Shown piece after piece: positions 1 to 9,558 of a DNA stretch of 59,212 nt. The notes under the pieces were generated by a model. That model had not been told where the DNA came from. It did not search any database and was given only the letters and a program-made list of their open reading frames with translations. The DNA lies in the IMG/VR virus record IMGVR_UViG_3300036791_001093, positions 1-59,212 of that record; one strand, given 5' to 3'. The position numbers and the translations under genes were made by a program. Source of the stretch: a virus (lineage: Duplodnaviria; Caudoviricetes). Numbering within the stretch: position 1 is the first letter of the stretch; every line of letters begins with the position of its first letter.

Positions 1-13
1 AAGTTATATATTC

Positions 14-30
14 TGTTACACGATATAACA
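14..30. promoter_or_regulatory. 17-bp palindromic operator-like site, copy 1 (TGTTACACGATATAACA, 1 mismatch)
   Basis: Matches TGTTACA-N3-TGTAACA, seen perfectly at six other positions. Confidence 0.6.
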
Positions 31-221
31 ACTTTTGTATGGCTTAGGTCACAGCTTAACATGATTTTTGGCCTACCAGTGTGTTGGTGTATTGTATTCG
101 TGATTTTCGGCACAGTACCGGCACAAAAGTGCGGGATTGTGTCGGCGTTGTGTCAGTGGGTCACACAATAAAGGTCCTTCTCTCCCAGGGATATCCATCG
201 CTTTGTGTCGAAATGTGCAAA

Positions 222-381
222 ATCAGACAATAGAAGCGTTATAAATAGGGGTGTGCTGTGACTCAATCTAAAACGTCTTATATAAACCCCATGTGGATTA
301 AGCTATATATATATATATAGAACAACACATGGTATACGAGTAACATATATAACTGTATATATAACGCTTCTATTGTCTGAT
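222..381. repeat. 22-bp perfect inverted repeat (222-243 / 360-381) flanking an AT-rich core with (TA)8; candidate replication origin
   Basis: ATCAGACAATAGAAGCGTTATA and its reverse complement; (TA)8 at 304-319; region lacks a credible ORF. Confidence 0.7.
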
Positions 382-493
382 GACTGACACACGGCACAAA
401 CCCGCCCAAGCCCTTGGTACAGCACACAAATTCCTTGTGTGAGTCACAACCTTTGCCTGACACAACCCGTCATGCCTCGCACAACGTAATAAT

Positions 494-622
494 ATCAATG
501 ACTTAGGTTTCAGCTTGTGCCACAACCTAATACTATCAATGACTTAGGCTCAGCTTGCGCCTAACTCAGGTCTCAGTTTGCGTTAAAACCCGATAAACAT
601 CAATGACTTAGGTTTCAGCTTG
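494..622 (+). repeat. Three direct repeats ATCAATGACTTAGG(TT/C)TCAGCTTG (494, 535, 599)
   Basis: Read directly; a degenerate partial fourth copy lies near 561-582. Confidence 0.8.
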
Positions 623-655
623 CGCGAAACACATGACGCGTGCTAAAAAAACAGC

Positions 656-691
656 GAGCCTGGGTCGGCGCGGGCGCGCCGACCCAGGCTC
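656..691. terminator. Perfect 17-bp GC-rich inverted repeat with 2-nt loop; possible minus-strand terminator or cruciform
   Basis: GAGCCTGGGTCGGCGCG-GG-CGCGCCGACCCAGGCTC, preceded by an A-run (U-tract on the minus strand). Confidence 0.5.
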
Positions 692-721
692 TGACCCTGA
701 CCAGCATCTGAGGTACCGGCC

Positions 722-1435
<714 letters not shown>

Positions 1436-1443
1436 CAACAAAC

Positions 1444-1716
1444 ATGAAACAGCCAGACCCATTGACCTTCGCTGAACTGCGGCTAGCCACTTTGCTGCGC
1501 ACCCGTAACACACCGCAACAAAAGCTCGGCGAGGCGCTTGCCACCGTGGCCATTTATGCCGACGCGGTTGCCGATACCATCAGCGGCGGCAAACCGCCGG
1601 ACCTCGTGCAGACTCTCCCCACCATGGTAATTATGATCGACCGCATCGCCGCCCACGAAGGCATCGACCTTGCCGCCGCCATCCGTATCGCGATAGATCA
1701 TGAGAACTTCAGATGA
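1444..1716 (+). CDS. hypothetical protein, weakly MazG-like (helical, GIDL motif)
   Basis: 90 aa; C-terminal GIDLAAAI resembles the MazG-like C-terminus, but acidic catalytic residues are not evident. Confidence 0.5.
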   Translation: MKQPDPLTFAELRLATLLRTRNTPQQKLGEALATVAIYADAVADTISGGKPPDLVQTLPTMVIMIDRIAAHEGIDLAAAIRIAIDHENFR

Positions 1717-1844
1717 CTTTGAGCACCGTCCCAGTAATCTTCATCGCGGCACTGTGTTTCTTTGCCGGCTACATCCTCGGCCGCGCCGACGAGATTTCCA
1801 ACCCGCACCGCCGCGACCTCGACCATGACAGGGAGCTCGAATGA
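1713..1844 (+). CDS. small membrane protein (43 aa)
   Basis: ATGA overlap with the previous gene; MTLSTVPVIFIAALCFFAGYILGRADE hydrophobic helix. Confidence 0.5.
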   Translation: MTLSTVPVIFIAALCFFAGYILGRADEISNPHRRDLDHDRELE

Positions 1845-2134
1845 CCACCTTTGATCCGGAGAGTCAGGAGCTCGCCGCATCAGCGAAACGCATGATGTTG
1901 GCGGTGTTCCCGACACGATCGGCGGCCGTGGCGTGCGCAAGCACCCCAGTGGAGCCTCGCGGCGCAAGTTCGGGATGCGGGCCTTCACCAAAGAAGGCCT
2001 CCAGGACCTTGGCATGAGTCGCTGTGCATCCGATGCCAGGGAGCAGCTGGAGCCGCAGGCCTGAAGACGCAACGCCCGGACGTGGCTCAGCTGTCCGGGC
2101 GTCACCTGGCAAGCAACCTGCACAAGAGGTCACC

Positions 2135-2551
2135 ATGCCCGCCCTGAAGATACCATCACGAGACGCCTGGACCCAGGCGAAAGAGCTCCCCGCCCGTACA
2201 ATTCTCACAGAGAAATCCCCTTACGGGGTGGATGGTGGGCAGACCATGGGCCGGGACCCCCGGCAAATTGGCGCTACTGAATTTCAGAACGCTGGAATAG
2301 CTCCGACCCCCATCCTTGACGTCATCCGCGCCAGGTGCCTCGATTGCTGCGTCGAGCAGGTCGAGGAGGTACGCAAGTGTGTCGCGATCGCTTGCCCGAA
2401 CTGGCCCTACCGGATGGGGACCAACCCGTTCCGGGCCGCCAGGGAGCTTTCCGGGGAGCAGCGCCGCGCACTTGCTGCACGGCTGCAAGCTGCCAGAGCG
2501 GCGCGCGCGAGCCGGGGAGCAGCTGTGGATGAGACGCCGGAGGACCCTTGA
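2135..2551 (+). CDS. Cys-rich putative zinc-binding phage protein
   Basis: GAGG SD; motif IRARCLDCC...VRKC...CPNWPYRMG. Confidence 0.6.
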   Translation: MPALKIPSRDAWTQAKELPARTILTEKSPYGVDGGQTMGRDPRQIGATEFQNAGIAPTPILDVIRARCLDCCVEQVEEVRKCVAIACPNWPYRMGTNPFRAARELSGEQRRALAARLQAARAARASRGAAVDETPEDP

Positions 2552-2838
2552 CCTGGATGGAACTCGGACCGATCTTACAAGGCGAGCGCGCTGCATGGAT
2601 GGCCGGCTTCCTTTCCTGTCCCCCATCCCCCCCAGCCAGGAACCCTGCTGCCTCGCACGCGCGCTCGCCCCCCACATCCCCACATCCCCGCTGTCCCCCA
2701 TGCCGCCGCAAGGCGGCAGAAATCAGGCAACTCAATGCTCTGGTGGAACGGCAAGCGTGCGCTGATCGTGCTCTACCTGGCAGTGGCGGCAATGGCCGTG
2801 CTGGTCATGCTCGTTATCCTGCTTGGGAGGTAGCCAAC

Positions 2839-3021
2839 ATGAACGATCCGAGTCAGCAGCTGGTAGACGTCACCGCGCAAATCCGCCACGAGACCGACAA
2901 AGCCTATTTGCTGTTCGACGGCACTCGTGAGGCGTGGGTGCCCAAGAGCCAGGTCGAGAACAACGAAGACGGTACGTTCACAATGCCGGTATGGCTCGCT
3001 GAGGACAAGGAATTTATTTAG
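2839..3021 (+). CDS. small conserved phage protein (ETDKAYL...WVPKSQ)
   Basis: GGAGG SD; motif typical of a small phage protein family. Confidence 0.7.
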   Translation: MNDPSQQLVDVTAQIRHETDKAYLLFDGTREAWVPKSQVENNEDGTFTMPVWLAEDKEFI

Positions 3022-3275
3022 TAAACAGAGGGAAAAACATGGCAGACGAAAACATTCCCGATACACTGTGCCGGGAAATAATACCGCTGACTGGCAAGCA
3101 ATGCTGCAACAGACAATCCGTAATAAATGCAAGAAATATTACGCCGCGGGCTGAAACTCTGGCTGGAAGCCAATGGATACGAGTTTCCGCTGGAGACCGT
3201 CATACCCCAGGTAAAACCCATTAAAAAGGGCAGTTGGCGGCCTAGAAAATAGTTCAACTAAATACGAGAAACCCC

Positions 3276-3304
3276 TTGACAACTAGCAGGTATTATGGTA
3301 TAAT
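3276..3304 (+). promoter_or_regulatory. consensus sigma70 promoter TTGACA-17-TATAAT with extended -10 (TGn)
   Basis: TTGACA at 3276-3281, TATAAT at 3299-3304, upstream of the AAA operon. Confidence 0.9.
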
Positions 3305-3342
3305 GCTTATTCATGGTGGATAAGATTTGGTTTACCGAAATC

Positions 3343-3359
3343 TGTTACACGATGTAACA
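3343..3359. promoter_or_regulatory. 17-bp palindromic operator-like site, copy 2
   Basis: TGTTACACGATGTAACA between the promoter and the AAA start codon. Confidence 0.8.
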
Positions 3360-3392
3360 GAAACTCACTGAGCATGAAGAAGGAACAGTAAA

Positions 3393-4475
3393 ATGCGAAA
3401 ATTGAGCATCTCCCAGATCAAGACCACCATCAAGGAAATCGTGGTCCGGCTCGACAAGCCGGTCATTATCAAGGGCGGGTTTGGTATTGGCAAATCCCAG
3501 GGGGCCGAGCAGGCCGTCGAGGAGCTGGACAATCCCAAAGCGCTGCAATCCCTCCTGGGTAAAGACTGCCCCTACACTGGCGCGCTCATGGTGGATATCC
3601 GCCTGAGCCAGTACGACTCCGTCGATATGCGGGGCTTCCCGCAGGCCGACAAGAAGACCGGGACAGCGGTCTGGTATCCACCGGGCACCATGCCGTTCAT
3701 CGGCAACGACGCGTTCCCCGACGACAAGCTGATCGTGGTCTTTTTCGACGAGGCGCCCGATGCCAAGAACGACGTCTTTGCGGTGATGCAGCAGATACTC
3801 CTCAACCGCTGCTGCGGTGAGCACGTGCTCAAGCCCAACGTGCGCATGCTGCTGGCGGGCAACCGCGACGCCGATCAGGGACTGGCCAAGAAATTCCCCA
3901 TGCCGCTCAACAACCGTCTCACCCACGTCGAGGCGGTTAACCCTGTCGATGAGTTCTGCGTCTACGCCCAGAGCCAGGGTGTGCCTAGCGTGTTCATTGC
4001 CTTCTGGCAGTTCCGCCAGGAGCTCGTCAACACTTATGATCCCAAGAAAACCACTCCCGTGGTTGCGACTCCCAGAACCTGGTTTACCGCAGTAGAGTTC
4101 TGGCAGGACCGGCGCCTTACACCGGACATCAAGGAAGCCGCCATTATCGGCACTATCGGCGAAGGCCCGGCGATGGAGTTCCTGGCCTACGTCGATGTCT
4201 GGCAGAATCTGCCCTCCATCGACAAGATACTGGCAAACCCCAAGGGGATTCCCGTGCCGGAGGAACTATCGATCAAGTACGCCACCGCCATGCACGTCTC
4301 AGAAAAGATGACGCTCGGCAACGTCGATCGGCTCCATGTCTACCTGCGGCGCTTCACGGCGGAATTCGTGGTCATGGCATGGCAGCTTGCCGTGGCCAGG
4401 GATGCGACGCTGCCTGACTCCGATGCGTATCTTGAGTACGTAAAGGAATATCGCGTTGTATACATAAGTTCATAA
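3393..4475 (+). CDS. MoxR-like AAA+ ATPase
   Basis: Walker A GGFGIGKS, Walker B VVFFDE, AGNR sensor, LNNRL arginine finger, TPRTW. Confidence 0.9.
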   Translation: MRKLSISQIKTTIKEIVVRLDKPVIIKGGFGIGKSQGAEQAVEELDNPKALQSLLGKDCPYTGALMVDIRLSQYDSVDMRGFPQADKKTGTAVWYPPGTMPFIGNDAFPDDKLIVVFFDEAPDAKNDVFAVMQQILLNRCCGEHVLKPNVRMLLAGNRDADQGLAKKFPMPLNNRLTHVEAVNPVDEFCVYAQSQGVPSVFIAFWQFRQELVNTYDPKKTTPVVATPRTWFTAVEFWQDRRLTPDIKEAAIIGTIGEGPAMEFLAYVDVWQNLPSIDKILANPKGIPVPEELSIKYATAMHVSEKMTLGNVDRLHVYLRRFTAEFVVMAWQLAVARDATLPDSDAYLEYVKEYRVVYISS

Positions 4476-4479
4476 CGCC

Positions 4480-5058
4480 ATGCCCCCTCTGATTGACATC
4501 ACCGGACAACGCTTCGGTCGGTACCTCGCCGTCAGAATTGCCGGCGAAGACAATCATGGCAAGCCGCTTTGGCTGTGCCATTGTGATTGTGGCAACAAGC
4601 GGCTCGTGCAGAGCGGTAATCTTCGCAGCGGTAAATCTCGATCATGCGGCTGTCGGAAAATTCGGCACGGACAAGCTCTTACTGACAAACGTACGCCGGA
4701 GTATGTCCTATGGAGGAACATGCTTAGTAGATGTGCTAACCCCAATCTCCCTAACTATAAAAACTACGGCGGACGCGGCATCAGAGTATGCAAACGTTGG
4801 CAATCGTTCGAGCAATTTTTTGCCGACATGGGGCCGCGGCCGTCCCCCGATCACTCGATCGATCGTATCGACAACGAAGGAAACTACCAACCAAGTAACT
4901 GCAAATGGAGTACGCGAAGCGAACAAATGTACAATAGGCGGCCGGCATCTGAGGCAACAAGGCAAAAGCGGCGCCGGCCGCATACCGAAGCGACAAAGCA
5001 GAAGATGCGGCTTGCCAAGCTCAAATATTGGCAGCTGAAAAACTGTTACATCGTGTAA
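4480..5058 (+). CDS. free-standing HNH homing endonuclease with C-terminal NUMOD3-like repeats
   Basis: [42 protein letters not shown]; tail [16 protein letters not shown]. Confidence 0.9.
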   Translation: MPPLIDITGQRFGRYLAVRIAGEDNHGKPLWLCHCDCGNKRLVQSGNLRSGKSRSCGCRKIRHGQALTDKRTPEYVLWRNMLSRCANPNLPNYKNYGGRGIRVCKRWQSFEQFFADMGPRPSPDHSIDRIDNEGNYQPSNCKWSTRSEQMYNRRPASEATRQKRRRPHTEATKQKMRLAKLKYWQLKNCYIV

Positions 5059-5060
5059 CA
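5044..5060. promoter_or_regulatory. 17-bp palindromic operator-like site, copy 3
   Basis: TGTTACATCGTGTAACA overlapping the HNH stop codon. Confidence 0.8.
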
Positions 5061-5083
5061 CAAACAAAGTGGAGTAACTGAAC

Positions 5084-5323
5084 ATGCCGAGTAAACACGA
5101 ACTAACTCATATCGACCGCGCACATGAGCGGTTTCTGAGTCGGCAAGTCAACAGCGCCGAAAAATTTCCCGACGCCGCAAACAGCGTAGCGCGTCAGCTG
5201 ATGGCCTTTACGTACAGATGGTACGGCGAGCGCTGCGACGAGTACGAACCGGAACCGGAATGCGCGTGCTGTAAAGCCTGGCGCATCGTCGATGCGTTTT
5301 GTGATCTGAACAAGATAAGGTGA
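5084..5323 (+). CDS. hypothetical early protein
   Basis: Preceded by the start-associated repeat; motif WYGERC...CACCKAW. Confidence 0.7.
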   Translation: MPSKHELTHIDRAHERFLSRQVNSAEKFPDAANSVARQLMAFTYRWYGERCDEYEPEPECACCKAWRIVDAFCDLNKIR

Positions 5324-5329
5324 CTGAAC

Positions 5330-5665
5330 ATGGCAAGGATCATCGAGTTCAAAATCGCAACACGCAACAACGCTGCAGACACAGCCCGCGGCATGCCCGT
5401 CATATTGCAGATCGGCGAACGAAGCATCAAGTTCGTGCTCCAGCGCGACGACTCTGGCAAAGCCAGCTGGCTGACACATTATGCCAGCGGCTACAAGTTC
5501 GGCTCGCTGAACGACGCCGCGGTCGAGCTCATGTGCGTGCAGTCGCCGTACCATCGTTACACCGGGCGCCAGCTGGCTGAGTTCCTGGTTGACAAGATGG
5601 TCGCCAAGCTTGGCGCGGACAAAGTACTGGCGTCGATCGACTCGGTGCCGGTGATCAATAACTGA
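5330..5665 (+). CDS. hypothetical early protein
   Basis: Start-associated repeat; 111 aa with LTHYASG motif. Confidence 0.75.
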   Translation: MARIIEFKIATRNNAADTARGMPVILQIGERSIKFVLQRDDSGKASWLTHYASGYKFGSLNDAAVELMCVQSPYHRYTGRQLAEFLVDKMVAKLGADKVLASIDSVPVINN

Positions 5666-5679
5666 ACGGAGTAGTGAAC

Positions 5680-5859
5680 ATGGACCTCTATCTCAAAGAA
5701 CGTGGCTGGACATGGCGCTTCGCTCCATCGAACGAGATGGAGCGATTGCATTCGCAGTCATGGCGGGAGCTCCGGCAGTTGATCAAGCTGCATGGAGCAA
5801 AGGCGCTGATTCGCGCGATCCAGTACATCGAAACCGAGAAGACTCAACGGAGTGACTGA
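5680..5859 (+). CDS. hypothetical early protein
   Basis: GGAG SD and ATG at 5680. Confidence 0.6.
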   Translation: MDLYLKERGWTWRFAPSNEMERLHSQSWRELRQLIKLHGAKALIRAIQYIETEKTQRSD

Positions 5860-5861
5860 CC

Positions 5862-6272
5862 ATGAAAAAGAAACTAACGAAGCGGCCGGTTGGCCGTCCG
5901 CCAACAGGCATAAACGAAATGATCGCAATACGCTGGTCGCCAACATTAATAGGAGCCATCGACCTCTATGCAAAACAACGAGGACTTAACCGTGGCCAGG
6001 CACTGCGTCAGATCGTCAGCGAGTACATGGTTAAATATCTGTCGCAGCCAAAGAAAAAGCCAACAAAATGCGCAACAATCAGGGCAATGCTGTTACGGCC
6101 GGAAGGAACGACCGTAGCGCAAGTGCTCAAAGTTACGGGTTGGCTGGCTGTCAGCATGCCAGCACAAGCAAAGGCAGCTGATCTCTATCTTACCAAAGAG
6201 AGAACCAATGGCGAGACGATCTATAGAGGGTATGAATTACCCTATGTATTGCCGCAAGGCTGGGCGTCATAA
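5862..6272 (+). CDS. ribbon-helix-helix plus DUF3489-like DNA-binding fusion protein
   Basis: N-terminal GRPPTG..IAIRWS..IDLYAKQRGLNRGQALRQIV (RHH-like); C-terminal TK..IRAMLLRPEGTT..TGW (DUF3489-like). Confidence 0.7.
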   Translation: MKKKLTKRPVGRPPTGINEMIAIRWSPTLIGAIDLYAKQRGLNRGQALRQIVSEYMVKYLSQPKKKPTKCATIRAMLLRPEGTTVAQVLKVTGWLAVSMPAQAKAADLYLTKERTNGETIYRGYELPYVLPQGWAS

Positions 6273-6298
6273 CTAAATCAATGAAGGAGTGACTAACC

Positions 6299-6688
6299 AT
6301 GTTCATAACCAGAGTGGGTACCCACTCACACGGTACCGAGCAGCGCACGAGCCGCGGCAGGTTTCTCCTGCTTCTCCAGCGCGAGGACGGGCCTTGTAAT
6401 GCCGCGGGTACGTTCGCCGTGGTGCGCAGAGTCGCGCTCAGGCAGATAGGTCATTTCATGATGGGCCGGGCGAACCTTAATGGCCGGTGGTGCAGCGTCT
6501 CCGGCGCCTACGGCAATGACGGCCTGCCCCTGGCGGTCGAGCGCATGCCGCCCGATGCCAAGCCGCTGCCGCCCGAGCTTTACGATGCCTGGAATAAAGG
6601 CAATGGGTGGAACGGCGCGGGCAGCGAGGCGCAAGCCATGCGGACATGGGCGACAGAGACTTTCGTGAACGGAAAAAGGAGTGACTGA
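6299..6688 (+). CDS. hypothetical early protein
   Basis: Start-associated repeat; 129 aa. Confidence 0.75.
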   Translation: MFITRVGTHSHGTEQRTSRGRFLLLLQREDGPCNAAGTFAVVRRVALRQIGHFMMGRANLNGRWCSVSGAYGNDGLPLAVERMPPDAKPLPPELYDAWNKGNGWNGAGSEAQAMRTWATETFVNGKRSD

Positions 6689-6690
6689 CC

Positions 6691-6900
6691 ATGCATACGA
6701 TTACCGCAATATGCCGCGAGGACGGCTATCCTGACGTGCTGATCTACACTGTGACGGTTGCTCATCCCGGCGACTATGCACAGGTGCAGCAGGCAATCCA
6801 GCACGAGCGTAAAGCCGATCTCGGCGATGTGGCTGGCGAAATAGAAGTTCTGTTCTGCTTCATGGGTGATATCTCGCCTTGTGTCGATTTCAGGGAGTGA
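6691..6900 (+). CDS. hypothetical early protein
   Basis: Start-associated repeat; 69 aa. Confidence 0.7.
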   Translation: MHTITAICREDGYPDVLIYTVTVAHPGDYAQVQQAIQHERKADLGDVAGEIEVLFCFMGDISPCVDFRE

Positions 6901-6906
6901 CTGACC

Positions 6907-8058
6907 ATGAAGCTTACCATCTTCGAGACGGCGCGCACCGGGCTCGTTAAGGTCAAGGCACTGATGTTCTTTGCGTCGGCCTTGCTGCAGACTCGATTCA
7001 TCGAAGACCTGACTTGCCCAACAGCTTGGACCGACATGACGGTCATCGGCTACAACCCGGTTTTCATCGAGGGCCTAGACGTGCCAACCGCCAAGTTCGT
7101 AGTTATCCACGAACTTATGCACATCCTGCTTAAGCACGGATTGCGGCGCGGTAGCCGCGACCACGATGCATGGAACGAGGCTTGCGACTTCGCTATTAAC
7201 ATCATGCTGTACGATCTGGGCTTCAAGATTTGGAGATGGGCGCTCATCGATCCGAAATATCGTGGTATGACCGCGGAGCAGATTTATGCTGCGCGCGAAC
7301 AACAGCAACAAAAGGGACAAGGCGGCAAGCCGAGTCAACAGAATCAGCAGAGTCAGCAGTCCACCCAGAGCGGCCAAGGGGGATTGAGTGGCGACCTGCG
7401 GCCTGTGCCTGCGGCGACGCCCGCGCAGGCAGCGGCGATCGAGCACGAGATCAACAAGACTTTGGCGCGTGCCAGCGCCATCGCCCGTGCGCATGGCGTC
7501 ATGCCCGGTGAACTCGCGGCGATCATCGGCGCGACCTATGATGAACCCGTGCCGTGGGAATTGGTGCTGCAGGATTTCCTGACTGCGTGCATTGCGCAGG
7601 ACGAGAACTGGTCTAAGCGCAATCGCCGGTACTCCGACGTCATCCTACCCTCGCACAAAGGTTCGGGCATGGACGAGCTCACCATCATCGCGGATAGTTC
7701 TGGGTCGATGTTCAGTAAGGCGATCTTCGAACGCATCGCGGTTGCGGTCAATCACATCGTCACTGTCATCAAGCCGATGGTGGTGCGCGTGGTGTGGGCC
7801 GACGATGCAGAGTGCTCCAACATCGACATCTTCGAAGAGGGCAATGAGGTCGTGCTGCATCCCAGAGGAGGCGGCGGTACGGACATGAGGAAGCCTCTTG
7901 CGTTCGTCGAGTCGTACGACCCGGAGGTCGTCCTGCTGTTGACTGATGCCTATACCCCGTGGCCTGAAGTGGACACGCCCTACCCGCTGATCATCGGGTG
8001 CACGACCGACGCGCCATGTCCTGAGTGGGCGCGCACGGTGCGAATCCAGGTGCAATAA
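6907..8058 (+). CDS. HEXXH metallopeptidase-like plus vWA domain protein (DUF2201-like)
   Basis: HELMH, WNEACDFAIN, Q/G linker, MIDAS DSSGSM, GGGGTD, LTD. Confidence 0.9.
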   Translation: MKLTIFETARTGLVKVKALMFFASALLQTRFIEDLTCPTAWTDMTVIGYNPVFIEGLDVPTAKFVVIHELMHILLKHGLRRGSRDHDAWNEACDFAINIMLYDLGFKIWRWALIDPKYRGMTAEQIYAAREQQQQKGQGGKPSQQNQQSQQSTQSGQGGLSGDLRPVPAATPAQAAAIEHEINKTLARASAIARAHGVMPGELAAIIGATYDEPVPWELVLQDFLTACIAQDENWSKRNRRYSDVILPSHKGSGMDELTIIADSSGSMFSKAIFERIAVAVNHIVTVIKPMVVRVVWADDAECSNIDIFEEGNEVVLHPRGGGGTDMRKPLAFVESYDPEVVLLLTDAYTPWPEVDTPYPLIIGCTTDAPCPEWARTVRIQVQ

Positions 8059-8062
8059 AAGG

Positions 8063-8079
8063 TGTTACATGATGTAACA
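8063..8079. promoter_or_regulatory. 17-bp palindromic operator-like site, copy 4
   Basis: TGTTACATGATGTAACA just after the vWA gene stop. Confidence 0.8.
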
Positions 8080-8103
8080 CAAACCGCGAAGGAGTGACTG
8101 AAC

Positions 8104-8253
8104 ATGTTAGCAGGTGTAATCATCGGCATTGTTGCCATGTTTGTTCTGTGTATGGCTGGCTTCGAACGGACAGCGCTGTCTATAATGTTTCCGTTTGTTG
8201 CGCCCATCTTACTGTACGATTGGTACAAGCGAGGAGGACGCTTGACTGATTGA
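8104..8253 (+). CDS. small membrane protein (49 aa)
   Basis: Start-associated repeat; MLAGVIIGIVAMFVLCMAG hydrophobic. Confidence 0.6.
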   Translation: MLAGVIIGIVAMFVLCMAGFERTALSIMFPFVAPILLYDWYKRGGRLTD

Positions 8254-8292
8254 TAACTCAACACTAAACTAAAACTAAAGGAGTAACTGAAC

Positions 8293-9138
8293 ATGGGTCT
8301 CTCGCAAAAGTGCATGCTAGTAAACCTCCACATATCCAGGTGGAATGGCTACAAGATTGATCAGCGCGCAAGTAGTGCCCTGATCAGGGAAGCCAGCGCC
8401 CAGGCCGGCTCGGCGATCGTCTCTAAACGAGTCGTGCCTAAAGAGGCGTTCGCGGATATCGTCACCGCGTACAATGCGCTCAAAGCACATCGCGACCAGC
8501 ATACGCTGCCCTGGTCGGACAAGGGACCTCGTATTATGACCCGGAACATCTTCGAACTGTTCATGTCGGGGTATGGCGATCTGGAACGTCAGTTCAATGC
8601 TGCCGTAAAAGAGTTCATCGAGGTCAGGTATCCGCAGGCGCGCGACCAGGCGTCGTTCCGTTTGGGGACTCTGTTCCAGCCGGCGGACTATCCGGCGGCC
8701 GAGGACTTGCGTCAGAAATTCCGGGTCGACCTGGACATCGACGGCATAACCGAGCCGGATGATTTCCGCGTGACTCTCCCCGAGAAAGAGCTCAATGCGC
8801 TCAGAGTCAACATGGAAGAGAGTATCAAGCGCCGACTCGGTGAGGCCATGAAAGATGTGTGGCTGCGCATCGTGGACTTGCTTGAGCACTACATAGAGAA
8901 GATGGCTGACAGCGAAGCGATCTTCCGGGACTCCACGGTGAACAACCTGGTCAACCTGATGGGGATACTCCCCGGATTGAACGTGACAGGCGATCCGAAA
9001 CTCAGGGAAATCCGTCAGCGGATCATGACGACAATCGGCAGTTATGAGGCCGATGATCTGCGCAAACAGGACGATCTGCGTGCCGCTGCGGCACAAGAGG
9101 CAAAAGAAATCTTGCAAACCGTGAAAGAGGAATTGTAA
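8293..9138 (+). CDS. DUF3150-like helical phage protein
   Basis: LVNLHISRW, TLPWSDKGPR, LGTLF...DYP, FRDSTV, LNVTGDP motifs; typically found with AAA/vWA genes. Confidence 0.7.
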   Translation: MGLSQKCMLVNLHISRWNGYKIDQRASSALIREASAQAGSAIVSKRVVPKEAFADIVTAYNALKAHRDQHTLPWSDKGPRIMTRNIFELFMSGYGDLERQFNAAVKEFIEVRYPQARDQASFRLGTLFQPADYPAAEDLRQKFRVDLDIDGITEPDDFRVTLPEKELNALRVNMEESIKRRLGEAMKDVWLRIVDLLEHYIEKMADSEAIFRDSTVNNLVNLMGILPGLNVTGDPKLREIRQRIMTTIGSYEADDLRKQDDLRAAAAQEAKEILQTVKEEL

Positions 9139-9147
9139 CTGCTTGCG

Positions 9148-9168
9148 CCAGCGCATTCGGTGCGCTGG
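9148..9168 (+). terminator. intergenic stem-loop CCAGCGCA-N5-TGCGCTGG
   Basis: 8-bp stem after the 9138 stop; no U-tract. Confidence 0.35.
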
Positions 9169-9195
9169 TACTAACCTACAAAGGAGTTACCTACC

Positions 9196-9516
9196 ATGTC
9201 TTTGAAAGAGAAACTGATCACGCAGCCGATCCTCTCGGGAGGACCGTCGTTTGCGTCCAGCGATCGGGCAAACCTATTAGAGGTTCTCCAGCGCGCACGC
9301 CGCATCGAAACCAGGCTGACACGTCTTCTGGAGACAGAGGGCATCCAGACAGGCATCCAGCGCCCGTGGTGGATGGACGGCCAAGTGATGATCCCGTCGC
9401 CGACGGTCACGGTAGACGCTATTCTCAAAGCTATTCCCGAGGGCTGGTCGAACCCGGTAGAGATTGTCCTCAAGGAGGATCAGAGGCTCACGGTCATGTG
9501 CCGCATCGTGCCGTAG
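9196..9516 (+). CDS. hypothetical protein
   Basis: Variant start-associated repeat; RRIETRLT motif. Confidence 0.7.
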   Translation: MSLKEKLITQPILSGGPSFASSDRANLLEVLQRARRIETRLTRLLETEGIQTGIQRPWWMDGQVMIPSPTVTVDAILKAIPEGWSNPVEIVLKEDQRLTVMCRIVP

Positions 9517-9558
9517 CCTCACGTCTTTAGTAATTTACTTAAACAGGAGTGACTTACC

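Noticed and set aside
494-622. Triple repeat as a mini CRISPR array
   Set aside because: Spacers are unequal (about 17 and 41 bp) and themselves resemble the repeat; no leader or cas genes.
1841-2065. Possible frameshifted or degraded gene between 1844 and 2135
   Set aside because: Two short overlapping frames with no recognisable motif; I cannot support a call.
3343-3359. Palindrome as a TnrA/GlnR box (TGTNA-N7-TNACA) or canonical parS
   Set aside because: It fits the TnrA pattern formally, but that regulator is from Firmicutes while this phage looks proteobacterial; it differs from parS TGTTTCACGTGAAACA and no ParB is present.
8317-9156. Long antisense ORFs (e.g. 8317-9156, 12300-13061, 54126-54848, 55953-56651)
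   Set aside because: Shadow ORFs of GC-rich genes with no motifs or RBS, unlike the intein-internal ORF, which has full HNH motifs.
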